A DNA stretch of 64,000 nucleotides. It comes from an uncultured Acidobacteriota bacterium. GTDB taxonomy: Bacteria > Acidobacteriota > Thermoanaerobaculia > UBA5066 > Gp7-AA6. How positions within the stretch are numbered: the first letter of the stretch is position 1; the number at the start of each line of letters is the position of its first letter. Shown piece after piece: positions 8,521 to 20,392 of this stretch. The stretch is from assembly GCA_963782815.1 (NCBI GenBank), contig CAWALG010000030.1, forward strand, positions 164,284 to 228,283, given 5' to 3'. Both the position numbers and the translations under genes were made by a program. The notes below the pieces were generated by a model. The model was not told where the DNA came from. It made no database searches and saw only the letters and a list, made by a program, of their open reading frames with translations.

Positions 8521-11500
8521 TTACCGCTCGAAGAGGACGTCGGCGGGGAGACGGCGGATCACGAGCTCTTCGCCAGAGAAGGGGACGGGCTTTCCGTTGA
8601 CCGTCACGCGGCGGGGCGGTGACTTCGAGCGGGGGCGCAGCGCGATCCCGCCGGGCGGGATCGCGAGAGCGCCGATCGTGAAGCGCAGGCCGCGCTTCTC
8701 GTTTCGCAGCGTGTAGTCGAGGAGGCCGTGCGGGGTTCGGAGGTGCCGGACGGCGACGCCCGGGCCTTCGCGCAGCCAGGCGGCCGGGATTCCCGCGGCG
8801 AGGACGAGCGCTCCGTCGCTCTCGCGCTCCCAGGCGAAGAGGTCGAGGCAGGAGCGGATGAAATCCGCGCCGACCCAGGCGTGCGGCATGTCGCCCACGA
8901 AGCGCGGCGCGCGCGGCTCGCGTCCGACGACCTCCGCCCACTGGTTCCAGGCCGCCGGGCGGCGGCCGGCGAGGAAGAAGTCGAGCAGCTCGTGCGCGCG
9001 CTCCCGCCAGCCGAGGCGCACGAACGCCCCCACCGTCCGGATCTCGTACGGCGTGTAGGCGTCCCAGGGTCTTTCCGTCGCGGCGGCGCAGAAACTCCTC
9101 GTCGTAGCGCTCGAAGGTCGCGAGCAGTTCCCGCCGCGGCAGCCGCTCGGCTCGCCCACCGGGTCGAGAGCGATCGTCGTCGCCGTCGGATCGAAGTCGG
9201 CAAGCTCCGCGGAGCCCGGGATGAAATCGATGCCGCGCGAGGAGATCGTCCGCGAGAGGGACGCGAAGAGGTCCCGCGCGAACTCGTCGCGAAGGCGGCC
9301 CAGCGCGAGCGCAGATCCTCCCGGCCGCGGGCGGCGGCGAGATCCGTTGCGTCCTTCAAGCCCTTGAGCGCCCAGAAGTCGTCCCAGTACGAGTGCACGG
9401 GTTTGGCCGAGTAGCCCTCGTGGCTGATGGACTCGGGAAGGAGCCCGAAGAAGAGGAGCTTTTCGGGCGTCCGGTACTCGTCGGTCCGCCGTTTCTGCCG
9501 GAGAGAGTCGATGTAGGCGACCGCGCTCTCGACGTGCGGGAAGACGCGGCGCAGGAACTCCCCGTCGCGGGTGAAGCGCCAGTATTCCGCGATCGAGAAG
9601 AGGAGCTCGCCATGGCTGTCGTTCTCGGCCACGGCGTCGGCGCCGCGGCCGTCCACGCAGCAGGGGACCCGGCCGTCCGGATCCTGGAACTTCGCGAACC
9701 ATTCGATGTAGGCGCGCACGGCCTCCGCGTGCCCGAGCCGCAGGAGAGCGGCGGAGATCAGGGCGCCGTCGCGGATCCAGGAGCGGGCGTAGGCGCGCGT
9801 CCCCGGCCGGATCGCGGGACCGTCGCGCTCGAGGAGCGCGTAGGCGAGGTTGCTGCGGAGCGTCCGCAGGAGAGGCCGCGCGGCGGCGGGTCCCGAGAGT
9901 CCGACGCGGTCGAGCTTCCCGCGCCAATCCCGCGCGCAGGCGGCGAGGCGCCGCGCGAAGAGCTCCCGCGCTTCCGGCCGCGCGAGGGGCCGGCGAGGGG
10001 AGTCGAGCGGCGTCTTCGGGTGGAGCGGCAGCTCGAGAGAGACTTCGTCGGATCCTCCGGGCGGCGGATCCAGGTCGAAGGCGAGGGCGCCCGAGGCGTA
10101 GCCAGCACTCGTCCTGCGCTCGCTCGTGAAGGCGGAAGCTCCCCGCGGGCGAGGAAATCGGTGATCGGGCCCGCGTCGAAGGAGACCGCGCCGAACCCGG
10201 AGGCGGGCACTCGCGCGAAGAGCCGCGGGAATCCGTTCACGCTCACGGCGGAGCCGTCCCATTCGAGGCTGGCGATTTTCGTCGCGCCGCCCGCGCCGTT
10301 CAAGAACTGCGTCGGGGGATTGACCTGGAAGGGGCGCAGCGCGAGAAAGAGCTTCCCCTTCTGCCTTCGCGCGCCGGAGTTGCCGACGCGGTAGCGGACC
10401 TGCAGCGAGGAGGCGCCGGGCGGCCCGAAGACGAAGGCGGTGATCGTCAGCCGCAACGTCCCTGCCGCCAGGCGACGGTCGGAATCGGCAGGTCTCCCTG
10501 TTCGAGGGAGTGCTCGATCGTCACGTCGCTCCAGCAGAGCAGCTTCCCGTCGAGAAAGAGAAAGGGCTCGACCGAGAAGGATCCCCGGGCCGGCTCGACC
10601 GCGCCGTCCTCTCCGACGAGGGCGTTCTCCGTGTCGCCGTCGGCCCCGGCGACCGTCCAGTACGACTGCTCGCCGGAGAAGGAGCGCGGGTAGGCGCCGC
10701 GCGGCGCGTCCTTCGCGATCGCTTCGAAGAACGCGTTCGGCGAATCGGAGTAGGAGAGCGGCTGAACGACGATCTCCCGGATGCCGAAGCCTTCGCTCCC
10801 TCCCGCCGCGAGCATCGTCAGCCGCAGGTAGCGCGACTCCGACTCCGGCAGGAACAGATCGTCGCGGCCGCCGTTGCCCTCCTCGACCGCGCGGGCCGCC
10901 GTCCAGTCCATCCGGTCGTCCGAAGTCTCGACGCGATAACGGCCGGCGAAACGGCCGGGCTCCCACTGGATCGTCAGGCCCCCGAACTCGCGCTTCTCTC
11001 CGAGATCGATCTCCAGCCACGCGGGGCCGGCTCCGCCGCTCCGCCACGACGTGGCCGGATCGCCGTCCATCGCGCGCTCGGGACCGTAGCCCGGCGCCGA
11101 CGAGGACGCGGTCAGGACGGGAGGATGGGCGGGAGGCCCCGGCGGCGGGAGAGGCGTCAGCGTCAGGTCTTCGATCGCGATCCAGCCCCGGCCGCCGGCG
11201 CGGGCCGTCACGGTGATCTCGAGCGCGGCGGCATGCCGGATCTCGCCCCCTCCCGCCGGTCCCCAGGCGAAGGAGAAGTGGCGCTTCTTCGAGACGAGCC
11301 TCGTCCAGGAGGGGGGCGGCGTGAAGTCGCGCCGGACCGCCCACCAGACGTTCTCCCCGGAGGCATCGATCAGCTTGATCTCGAGGTCGTTGGACGCCGC
11401 TTCGCCGCGCAGGGCGAAGGCGAGCTCCCAGTTCTCCGGCAGATCGACCGCGACGTCGCGCCGGGCCGCCGCCCAGCCCGCGTGCCCGCCGAAATCGAAG

Positions 11501-11828
11501 TCGAGGCGCAGGGCGCGCCCGCGGTCGCCTCGGCGCCGGAGAGCGCGAGCCGGACGCCGGCCGACGGAAGGGCCTGCCACCGGGTGATGTCCTGGAAGTC
11601 GTCGCGGAAGATCGCCGTTCGGCGCCGCCGCTCGAGCGGACAGGGCCGCGCCCACGACCCGCCACGAGCCGCGGGCTCTCCCGGAGCGGGGCCTCTCGGA
11701 CGGCACACCAGACGGTTTCCAGACGCCGGGACGACCTGTGCCGTCCGAGCGGAGCGGCGGCCAGGCGTCCTCGAAACATCCGAGGCCGCCGCGTCCCCGC
11801 GAGGGAGATGCCCGCGAGCGAGCTTCAT
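8521..11828 (-). CDS. Large multidomain carbohydrate-active protein: N-terminal CBM-like beta-sandwich, discoidin/F5-8 type C (CBM32-like), C-terminal (alpha/alpha)6-barrel GH-like domain; at least 5 frameshifts, start uncertain
   Basis: Pieces in ORFs 11370..11828, 10447..11706, 9758..11779, 8604..10262, 8521..9927; AMDGDPATSWRS...WLEIDLG; YARSWIRDGA; ESISHEGY...HSYWDDFW; WNQWAEVV...GDMPHAWVG. Confidence 0.75.
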
Positions 11829-12646
11829 TCCTTGACGCCGCCGATCAGGATGCCGGCGATGTAGTAACGCTGGAGCGCCAGGAAGAGGAGCAGCACGGGG
11901 AGGACGGTGAGCACGGAGCCCGCCATCATCAGCTCCGTGTCCTGCGCGTGCTCTCCGGAGAGGATCGCGAGGGCGACGGGAAGCGTGTAGCGCGACTCTC
12001 CCGTCAGGACGATGAGCGGCCAGAGGAAGTCGTTCCAGGTCGAGAGAAACGTCACGATCCCCAGGGTCGTCAGAACGGGAAGGAGAAGCGGCAGGACGAT
12101 CTTTCGGAAGATCGTCAGCTCGCCCGCCCCTTCCAGGCGGGCCGCGTCGAGCAGGTCGTCGGGGATCGAGAGCGCGAACTGCCGGATGAGGAAGATGCCG
12201 AGGATGGTCGAGATGGCCGGGAGGACGACTCCGGCGTAGGTGTTGACGAGCCCCATCGCCCGCAGGATCAGGAAGAGGGGGAGCATCGCGACCGGGGCGG
12301 GGACGAGCATCGCGGCGAGAAGGACCGAGAAGAGCCGGTCCCGGCCGGCGAAGCGCAGCTTCGCGAAGGCATATCCGGCCATGCCGTTGGCGGCGAGCGA
12401 CAGGAGCGTGACGACCGTCGCGACGAGGAGGCTGTTGGCGAAGGAGCGGCCGAGGTCCAGGCGCGTGAAGAGCTCGCCGTAGTGGGCGAGCGTCGGCCGG
12501 GAGGGGAAGAACGAAGGCGGAAAGGAGTTCGCCTCGCCGGTCGGCATGAGCGACGCCGAGATCATCCAGAGGATCGGCGTCAGCGTCACGGCCGCGCCGG
12601 CGGCGAGGACCGCGTTGACGAGGATCGATCCGCCCGGGCGCCTCAC
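11825..12646 (-). CDS. Carbohydrate ABC transporter permease (MalG-like)
   Basis: EAA loop IPDDLLDAARLEGAGELTIFRKIVLP, FLSTWNDFLWP; GTG start at 12646. Confidence 0.92.
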   Translation of the reverse strand: MRRPGGSILVNAVLAAGAAVTLTPILWMISASLMPTGEANSFPPSFFPSRPTLAHYGELFTRLDLGRSFANSLLVATVVTLLSLAANGMAGYAFAKLRFAGRDRLFSVLLAAMLVPAPVAMLPLFLILRAMGLVNTYAGVVLPAISTILGIFLIRQFALSIPDDLLDAARLEGAGELTIFRKIVLPLLLPVLTTLGIVTFLSTWNDFLWPLIVLTGESRYTLPVALAILSGEHAQDTELMMAGSVLTVLPVLLLFLALQRYYIAGILIGGVKE

Positions 12647-13551
12647 GCCTCGCGCCTCCTCTGGATCGCGAACTGGACGGCGGAGACGGCGAGGATCACG
12701 AGGAACAGGATGAACGCGATCGCCGCGGCATAGCCCATGTTCCACCAGCGGAAGCCCTGCTTGTACATGAGGAGTCCCACGGAGAGAGTCGCGTTCAACG
12801 GCCCGCCGACGCCGCCGGTCAGGACGTAGGGCTCGGCGAAGAACTGGAAGTAGCCGATCGTCGTCGTGACACCGAGGAAGAGAAACGTCGGCGCGAGGAG
12901 CGGCATCGTGACGTGCCGGAAGCGCGCCAGCGCCCCCGCCCCGTCGATCTTCGCCGCCTCCAGGAGCGATTCGGGGATGTTGCCAAGCCCGGCGACGAAC
13001 AGGAGCATCGCGTAGCCGAAGTTCTTCCAGATCGCGAGCAGGATGATCGCGGCCATTGCCCAGTGCGGGTCTCCCAGCCAGTTGATCGGCGCGATCCCCA
13101 CCCACCCGAGCGCGCGGTCGAGCAGGCCGAATCGCGGATGGTAGAGATAGCGGAAGACCACGGTCACGCCGACGAGCGTCGTCACGTAAGGCGCGAAGAA
13201 GACCGTTCGGAAGAGTCCCTTCCATCGCGCGAGCTTCGAGTGGAGCAGGAGCGCGGCCGCGAGGGCGACGCCGAGCGTCAGCGGCCCCCCGACGAACACG
13301 AAGTAGACGGTGTTGCGAAGCGCGATCCAGAAGAGCGGGTCGCGCGCGAGGGCGGCGTAGTTGGCGAGCGCCACGAGGCGCAGGTTGGCGGAGTCCGCCA
13401 GGGCATAGATGTCGAAGTCGGTGAAGGAGAGGAGAAACGAAGCGGCGATCGGAACGAGGAAGAACAGGCCGACGACGGCGAGACCGGGGGCGAGAAAGAG
13501 GAGGGCGGCCCTCGCCTCGCGGGGAAGCGGGCGTGGATCCCGAGCGCTCAT
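12643..13551 (-). CDS. Carbohydrate ABC transporter permease (MalF-like)
   Basis: WKNFGYAMLLFVAGLGNIPESLLEAAKIDGA; six TM segments. Confidence 0.92.
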   Translation of the reverse strand: MSARDPRPLPREARAALLFLAPGLAVVGLFFLVPIAASFLLSFTDFDIYALADSANLRLVALANYAALARDPLFWIALRNTVYFVFVGGPLTLGVALAAALLLHSKLARWKGLFRTVFFAPYVTTLVGVTVVFRYLYHPRFGLLDRALGWVGIAPINWLGDPHWAMAAIILLAIWKNFGYAMLLFVAGLGNIPESLLEAAKIDGAGALARFRHVTMPLLAPTFLFLGVTTTIGYFQFFAEPYVLTGGVGGPLNATLSVGLLMYKQGFRWWNMGYAAAIAFILFLVILAVSAVQFAIQRRREA

Positions 13552-14830
13552 CTCTTCCTCGCGAGCATCCAGCGCCGCTTCTCCAGGATCCGGTCCACGT
13601 CGGCGTCGAGCCGCGCCAGAGCCCCGGGAACGCTTTCTCGTCCTCGGACGGCGGGCTCCAGGTCCTCGACGATCTTCTGCGCGATCTGCTCCCATTCGGG
13701 CACGCGGGGCATGGGGCTGACGTGCTCGAGCTGCGCGCGGAACGCGAGGGCCTTGCGATCCCCCGAGAGGGAGGGATCGTCCCACGCCTCCTTGCGGGCC
13801 GGCAGGTCGCCCGAGAGCGCGTAGAAGCGGGCCTGGACGCGCGGCCGCGAGAGGAACTCGATGAGCTTCCAGGCTTCCTCCTTCGCGCGCGAGGCGCGGA
13901 AGACCGCGAGGCTCGACCCGCCCGCGAACGACGTGCCGGGCCAGTCCGACTCCCGCGGGGCCGGGAGCGGCGCCGTCATCCAGAGGTCCTGCTCCGAGGG
14001 CGTCAGGCGGAGCCGGAACTCGCCGAGGTTCCAGGGGCCGGTCATCCAGAACGCGAGGTTCCCCCGCGCGAACTCCTGGTAGACGTTCCCGATCTGCGTG
14101 TAGCTGACCATGGGGGCCAGGTCTTCACGGAAGAGGTCCGCGTAGAACTTCGCCGCCGCGGCGAAGGCGGGCTGGCGGAAGGCGCCTCGGGTGCCGTTGT
14201 CCGAGAGGAGGCTCGAACCCTCCTGCAGGCCGAGGATCGTCGCCTGCTCCCACTCGTTGGTCGGCAGGAGAATCGGATGCGCGGCGGGGTCCTGCAGGGA
14301 CTTGATCTTCCGCATCGCCTCGCGCCACTTCTCCCAGCTCTTCGGCATGGCGTCGAATCCGGCCCGGGCGAGCAGGTCGGGGCGGTAGAAGAGGACCCGC
14401 GTGTCCACGTACCAGGGGATGCCGTAGACGGCGCCGTCGTAGAGGCTCGTCTGCCACACGCCGGGGAAATAGCCGCCGGGCTTCGCCGCCGCCGAGCCGG
14501 CGACCCGGCCGTCCAGTTTCTCGAGGGCGCCGATCGCCGCGAGCTCCGGGATCCAGGTGTTGCCGAGCTGCGCCACGTCCGGGGTGGACTTTCCGACGAA
14601 CGCGGTCAAGAGCTTCTCGTGCGCCGAGGTCCAGGGGATCTGCTGGACCACGAGCCGCACGCCGGGATTCTCCCGCTCGAACTCGGAGACCAGGCCGCGC
14701 ACGACTTCCCCTCGCGCCCGAGCCCCCAGAAACTCAAGGTCTCTCTCTGCGCGGCGCCGGCCCGCCCGCCGCAGGCGGCTCCCGCGAGCGCCAGCCCGGC
14801 GCAGATCAGTTGGCCGAGCGCTCGAGCCAT
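13548..14830 (-). CDS. Sugar ABC transporter substrate-binding lipoprotein, frameshift near 14705
   Basis: Lipobox LAGAAC after MARALGQLICAGL; PDVAQLGNTW, YGIPWYVDTRVLFYR, GPWNLG. Confidence 0.9.
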
Positions 14831-16278
14831 CCGCCCGTAAACCCGGCGCGCTTCAGGCCGCTCAAGACGTAGGGGTTCTTTCGCAGGGTTCGCCACACGA
14901 GCTCCGACCGGTAATTCTCGATCATCGCCACGATCGGGCCCTGGTCGATCCCGAGCTGGTCGCCGTCGAACCACCCGACGCCGGCCACGACGCGCCCATG
15001 CTTGAGCGAAGCCTCCGGATCGGTCAGCGTCGGGTTGAACGCGTCCACGAACCCGTATCGGTTGAGAAGGTGCTCGCCCCAGCGCCGTTTCATCTCTGCG
15101 AGCGCCGGGATGACGATCTCCGGAGCGAACGCGATCGAGCCGGCCGCGGCGGTCGGCGCGATCGTGCCGTCGTCGTTGACGTAGACGAGAGAGGCCCCCC
15201 GGGGCCAGTACGTGTGAAACGTGCGGGACCGGCCGGCGATCATCCGGGTCGCGTCCATGGGACCGTCGCACGCGGTCAGGCCCCAGACGTTCGGGCCATA
15301 CTCCCTCCATCCGCCCGGGTTCTCCATGGCGTACGCGCGGTGCGCGTAGGTCGCGCGCCGGGAGTTTTCGAAGTAATCGATCCCCTTCTCGCGCATGGCG
15401 CTGTCCCGGATTCCGCGGAAGTCGATCCAGACGTGTGAGTACTGGTGGCCGAAGAGGGGCGAGAAGTTCACGTACGTCTGTCCCTCGAACTCTCCCCAGC
15501 GGTATGTCTTCACGAATTCGTCCCATGCCGCGGGCGCGACGGGGTGGGTCGGGGACCCGAGCGCCAGGATGAAGAGGATCATGGACTCGTCGTAGCCGTG
15601 CCAGTTCCAGGAGTGGTAGCCCTCCTCCGGCGTCCAGCCCATCGCGATGCCCGGCGGCCGCGGCTGCGCCCAGTCCCATTCGATGCGGCGGTAGAGAAGA
15701 TCGGCGTCGGCGCGGATCCTCGCCTCGATTGTGTCGTCGCGGCCGAAGTAGGACTGGCAGGACAGGACGCCGGCGGCCAGCAGCGCCGTGTCGATCGTCG
15801 AGAGCTCGATCGTCTGGAAGCGCCGCCCCGTCTTCATGTCGAGGAAGTGGTAGTAGAGACCATGGAAGCCGGTCTCGCCCGCCGCGAGCTCGCCCTGGGG
15901 AGCGTCGAGGAGGAATCGCAGCGTGGCGGCCACGCGGCCGGCCGCCTCGGTCCGCGTGACCCAGCCGCGCTCGGCGCCGATCGTGTAGGCCGTCAGGCCG
16001 AAGCCGACGGCGGCCACGCTCGAGAACGAGGGGGTGGGCGCCCGGTCCGGGATGAGCCGGGTCGCCGGGTCGGCCAGGTCCCAGAACCAGCGGAAGGTCC
16101 GTTGCTCGAGGTCGTCGAGGAAGGCCTCGGCCGCCGGCCCGGAGAGCGGGCGGACGTCGGACGCCGCCGGCCGAGGCGCCGGCGCCGGCCGGCAGGCGGC
16201 GACGGCGAGGAGGAACGAAAGAAGAAGCGAGGCGGCGCGCGCGGCAACCGCGCAACGCCGCCTCCCTCCGTCCGTCAC
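14806..16278 (-). CDS. GH144-like endo-beta-1,2-glucanase ('glucoamylase family', DUF3131-type) lipoprotein
   Basis: LEQRTFRWFW, SVAAVGFGL, GFHGLYYHF, ELSTIDTALL, YDESM, PLFGHQYSHVWIDFRG, WGLTACDGP, GIDQGP; lipobox LAVAAC. Confidence 0.8.
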   Translation of the reverse strand: MTDGGRRRCAVAARAASLLLSFLLAVAACRPAPAPRPAASDVRPLSGPAAEAFLDDLEQRTFRWFWDLADPATRLIPDRAPTPSFSSVAAVGFGLTAYTIGAERGWVTRTEAAGRVAATLRFLLDAPQGELAAGETGFHGLYYHFLDMKTGRRFQTIELSTIDTALLAAGVLSCQSYFGRDDTIEARIRADADLLYRRIEWDWAQPRPPGIAMGWTPEEGYHSWNWHGYDESMILFILALGSPTHPVAPAAWDEFVKTYRWGEFEGQTYVNFSPLFGHQYSHVWIDFRGIRDSAMREKGIDYFENSRRATYAHRAYAMENPGGWREYGPNVWGLTACDGPMDATRMIAGRSRTFHTYWPRGASLVYVNDDGTIAPTAAAGSIAFAPEIVIPALAEMKRRWGEHLLNRYGFVDAFNPTLTDPEASLKHGRVVAGVGWFDGDQLGIDQGPIVAMIENYRSELVWRTLRKNPYVLSGLKRAGFTGGWLERSAN

Positions 16279-16316
16279 CGATCGGACGCGGCACGTTCTG
16301 CGTCAGGCCATGCTCC

Positions 16317-19196
16317 TCAGAATCCGACGGTCACGCCGAACTGAAAGCGCCGCGGCAGGGTCAGCAGCGCGCCGGCGGTCCCGAAGTTGGGGTTGGTCCC
16401 GGTCTTGGGGATGAAGCCGTCGATCGATCCCGGATCGAGGTTGTCGTGATTCGTCAGGTTGAAGACGCCGACATTGAATCCCAGGCGGGCCAGTCCGACG
16501 AGAAAGTCCTTCTGGAGCTGAAGGTCGATGCTCTGCTCCGGAAACGTCCCGCTCTGGGAGCCGTCGTAGAGAAGGACCTGGGACAGGCCGGGCCCGAAGA
16601 AGTCGCCGTTGATGATCGTGAAGCCCCTGCCGGTTCCGAGCGTGATGAGCGTCGAGAGCCGGGTGTCCCACGGCAGGCCGACGATGCCCGAGAGAACGAT
16701 CCGGTGCCGCTGGTCGAACGGCGTGCGGTGGCGCGGGTACGCGGGCACGTTGACGTAGTCGAGGCTGAACAGGTCGCCGCCCGTGGCCGTGGCGTGCGAG
16801 TACGTGTAGGCGAGGGTCGCGCCCCACGGCGAAGAGGCCGTGTACTGCTTGTTGGCCGAGACGAGGAGCGCGTCGTACCAGCCTCGCTTGCTGGCCTGCG
16901 AGAGGAGAATCTCGGCGAAGTCGGGCGCCGGATGCTGGCAGCAGGGGAAGTTGTTCCAGACGTACGTGTACCCGTTGTCTGACCGGGAGCCGGCATAGGA
17001 CATCGAGACCCCGACCATCCCGAACTGCTGGCGGATTCCGGCGCTGAACTGGTCGGAGCGCGGGGGCTTCGTCTCGTTGTTGATCAGGAAGACCTGGGGC
17101 TTGGGCCCGATCCCGCTCGCGGCCAGGGCTTCGAGGCCGTCGGCCGAAAGGTACTTCGGGTCCCACTTGATCGTCGGCACGCCGTTGCGCGGCAGGCCGT
17201 CCGCCGAGAACAGGAACTGCAGGCGCGTGTACTGGAGGCGATACCGCTCGTCGAGGACGTAGTTGTAGGTGTCGCGGTCGAAGTAGCGCCCGTAGCCGCC
17301 GAAGAGGACCGTCGTTCCTTTCCCCGAGAGGTCGCAGGCGAACCCGACGCGGGGCTGGAACTCGTTGGTGTAGTTGGGCCGCTGCGTCCCGTCGGTGAAG
17401 TATCCCGGAGGGCACCTTGCCGGACAGCTCGCTGACGACGTTGGCCGGCGTCACGTAGCTGTTGTTCAACTGGTCGGTCTCGTAGTCCCACCGGATGCCG
17501 AGCGTTGACCGTCAGGCGCGAATTGACCGTCCAGTCATCCTGGACGTAGACGCCGTACTGGTTGTTGTGCGCGGAGATGTCGGGATTGCCGAAGCCGAAG
17601 AACGCCTGGTAGGGGAAGCTGAAATCCGGGCTGATCGAAGAGGTGTAGTCGAATTCCGGGTTGTCGTTCTGGAACTTGTGGACGTTGTAGTCGTTCGAGT
17701 TGAAGTACGCGCCCCCCTTGAAGACGTGGTTTCCCAGCGCCTGGAGGCCCATGTAGCTGAAGTCCTCGCGCAGCGTGAACCGTCTCTGGTTGAAGTCCTG
17801 GTGGTTGTTCCCGCCGCCGATGCGGAGGACCTGCTCGTAGTTCTGGCCGATCTGGCCGGGATTGACGGGCTGGGGATTCCACCGGTAGTCGTTGTAGGAG
17901 GCGGTCGTCTCCGAGATATAGGTGGTCTGGACCCAGGTGTTCTTGACCTGCGCGTTCCAGACGCCGTTTTCGATGTTGTTGGCGCTCTCGAAGCTCGTCT
18001 GGCCGCCGAAGTCGCGGATCTCGTTCTCCTTCCGGTAGAAGCCGCTCGTGTCCACGACGTCGGAGCCCGACGCCTGCCAGGAGATCTTGCCGAACGCGAG
18101 GTGGGACTGGAACGGGCTCGTGATGTTCCCCTGTCGGGCGAGGAGATCGTCGCGCAGCGGCTGCGGGGACCAGATTGATCTGAGATCCGACCGCGACGTT
18201 GTTCGCCCGGTTCTGGTCGTTGTATTCCCAGGACCCGAAGAAGTGAAGCGTGTCCTTCATGATCGGCCCGCCGAGCGAGACGCCCGCCTGCCAGCGCGTG
18301 TAGTCCGGCTTCTCGTGGTTCGGGTTGTGGGCCGTCCCGCAGCGGCCATTGACGGTGTTCGCGCAGTCGTCGTCGGCGACGAGCGACTTGTCCTGGTACT
18401 GGGCGAAGCCGTCGGCATGGAAATCGTTCGCGCCGGATTTCGTGACCGCCGTGATGATCGCGCTCGAGGACTTCTCGTACTCGGCCTTGAAGTTCTGGGT
18501 CACGACGCGGAACTCCTGGACCGCGTTCTGCGGGAACGGATTGCCCCGGCTCGTGTCCTGGCCCGAGACGCCGCCGGTCAGGACGTCGTTCTTGTAGCTC
18601 GTGCCGTCGATGAAGACGTTGACGTTGTTGGAGCTCGGTCGCCCCGGCGCTGACCGTCTTGGAGAGCGGCGAGTCGTTGTAAACGACGCCCGGCGCGAGC
18701 TGCGCGAAGGAGAGGAAATTGCGGTTGTCCTGCGGCAGCTGTTTGAGCTGTTGCTCGGTGACGTTGGTCGCGACCTCGTTGCTCTTGGTCTCGATGACCG
18801 GCGCCTCGGCCGAGACCGTCACCGACGCGGCGGCCTGGGCCGCGAGCTTCAGCTCGAAGTCGAGCCCCTGCGTCTGGCCGACCTGCACGCGCGTCTTTCT
18901 CGTGCCCCGGTCGTGAAGCTCGGCAGGGTCGCCGTGACGGTGTACGGCCCCGGCGGAACCGAGAGGTTGTAGAAACCGTCCGACGCCGGTGGTGACCGTC
19001 GGAGGTGGATTCCGGAATCGTCGTTGACCGCCTCGACCGTGACTCCGGGCAGGACGCCCCCCGTCTCGTCCTTGACGGTGCCCCGGAGCGTCCCGGTGGT
19101 CGTCTGCGCCGTCGCCGTCCCCCAGAGCCAGACCGTGCCCAGAATCAGAAGCATGCAGAAGCGCCGGGCCGCGCCGTTGCCGAGTCTCCATTTCAT
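16317..19196 (-). CDS. TonB-dependent receptor with N-terminal carboxypeptidase-regulatory-like domain (Oar-like), at least 4 frameshifts
   Basis: TGTLRGTVKDETGGVLPGVTV, LPQDNRNF, EFRVVTQNFKAEY...SSAIITAVTKSG, YVQDDWTV, C-terminal Phe (FQFGVTVGF); AAGGAGG RBS. Confidence 0.88.
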
Positions 19197-19243
19197 CTGG
19201 AATCCTCCTTCCTCACTATTACGAACCCTTCCTTCCTTCGTCT

Positions 19244-20310
19244 TTACGCCGAGACTCTTCTTCCAGGCAACAGCGCTCCGCAGGAGGAGCGCACGACGAG
19301 AGTCGTGGGCAGGACCTCCTCGCCCCTCCGCGCGCCGCTTCCGTTCAGCGCATGCAGGAGTCGCGCCGTCGCCCGGGACCCGAGGTCCGCGATCGGGACC
19401 CTCGCGGTCGTCAGCGGCGGCGTGATGAACCGGGCGATCGGGATGTCGTCGAAGCCGGCCAGGGCCATCTCTTCGGGCACCTGGACGCGGCGTTCACGGA
19501 AGGCGCACAGCAGGCCGATGGCCATGGCGTCGTTGGCGGCGAAGACCGCGGTCGGAGACGGCCTCTCGCGCAGAATCCGCGGCGCGGCCCGGTAGCCCGC
19601 GTCTTCACGGAAGTCGCCGGGGATCACCAGCGCGCGGGCTCCGGCGTGGCGGCCCAGCGCGTCGCGGTAGCCGCGCAGCCTTTCGGAGGCGTCGTGGTTG
19701 CCCTCCGGCCCCGTGACGAACGCGATGCGCCGGTGTCCCAGGCGGGTCAGGTGCCGCACCAGCGCGAACGCGCCGCCGTAGTTGTCTACCCGGATGGAGC
19801 CGTAGCGGTTCTTCTTGACGGCCGCGTTCAGGAGCACGACGGGAAAACCGGACGGGAGGTTCTCCTCGAACGCCCGCGCGTCGAGCTCGGGCGAAAACGC
19901 GATCAGGCCGTCGACGCGCCCCCGGATCGCGCGCAGCAGCTCCTGGGTTTCGACGCGGTCTTCGTGCGAGCCGGAAACGAGGAGATGGTAGCCGCGCAGG
20001 CGTGCCGCGACGTCGATGCCGCGGATGAGCTCGGAAAAAAACTCGCCGAAGAGGTCCGGCAGAAGAACGCCGAGGGTGTGGGTCTTGCGGGTGATGAGAC
20101 TGCGCGCGGCGCCGTGGGGAGCGTAGCGGAGCTTCTCGATGGCCCGCCGGATACGCAGGCGCGTCTCTTCCCGGACGGGTCCCTTTTCATTCACGACGCG
20201 GGAGACGGAGGCGACCGACACGCCCGATTCCCGCGCGACCTCCTTGATCGTGACGGCCGGAGCCGTCCGCGCCTGCCGATTTCGCCGGGTTGCTGGGTCG
20301 GGTGTGAGGT
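19244..20310 (-). CDS. LacI-family transcriptional regulator (start codon uncertain)
   Basis: VTIKEVARESGVSVASVSRV HTH, ARSL hinge, FAANDAMAIG, GFDDIP, PPLTT. Confidence 0.93.
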
Positions 20311-20337
20311 GGTTTCCCGTACCGTCCCCCCTGCGGG

Positions 20338-20351
20338 TGTAATCGTTTACA
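20338..20351. promoter_or_regulatory. LacI-family operator TGTAATCGTTTACA
   Basis: 14-bp palindrome, one mismatch from TGTAAACGTTTACA, central CG, directly upstream of the lacI-led operon. Confidence 0.7.
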
Positions 20352-20392
20352 TCAGGCCTTTTAGCGCGCCGCCGCACCGCTGTCAAGAAGGT

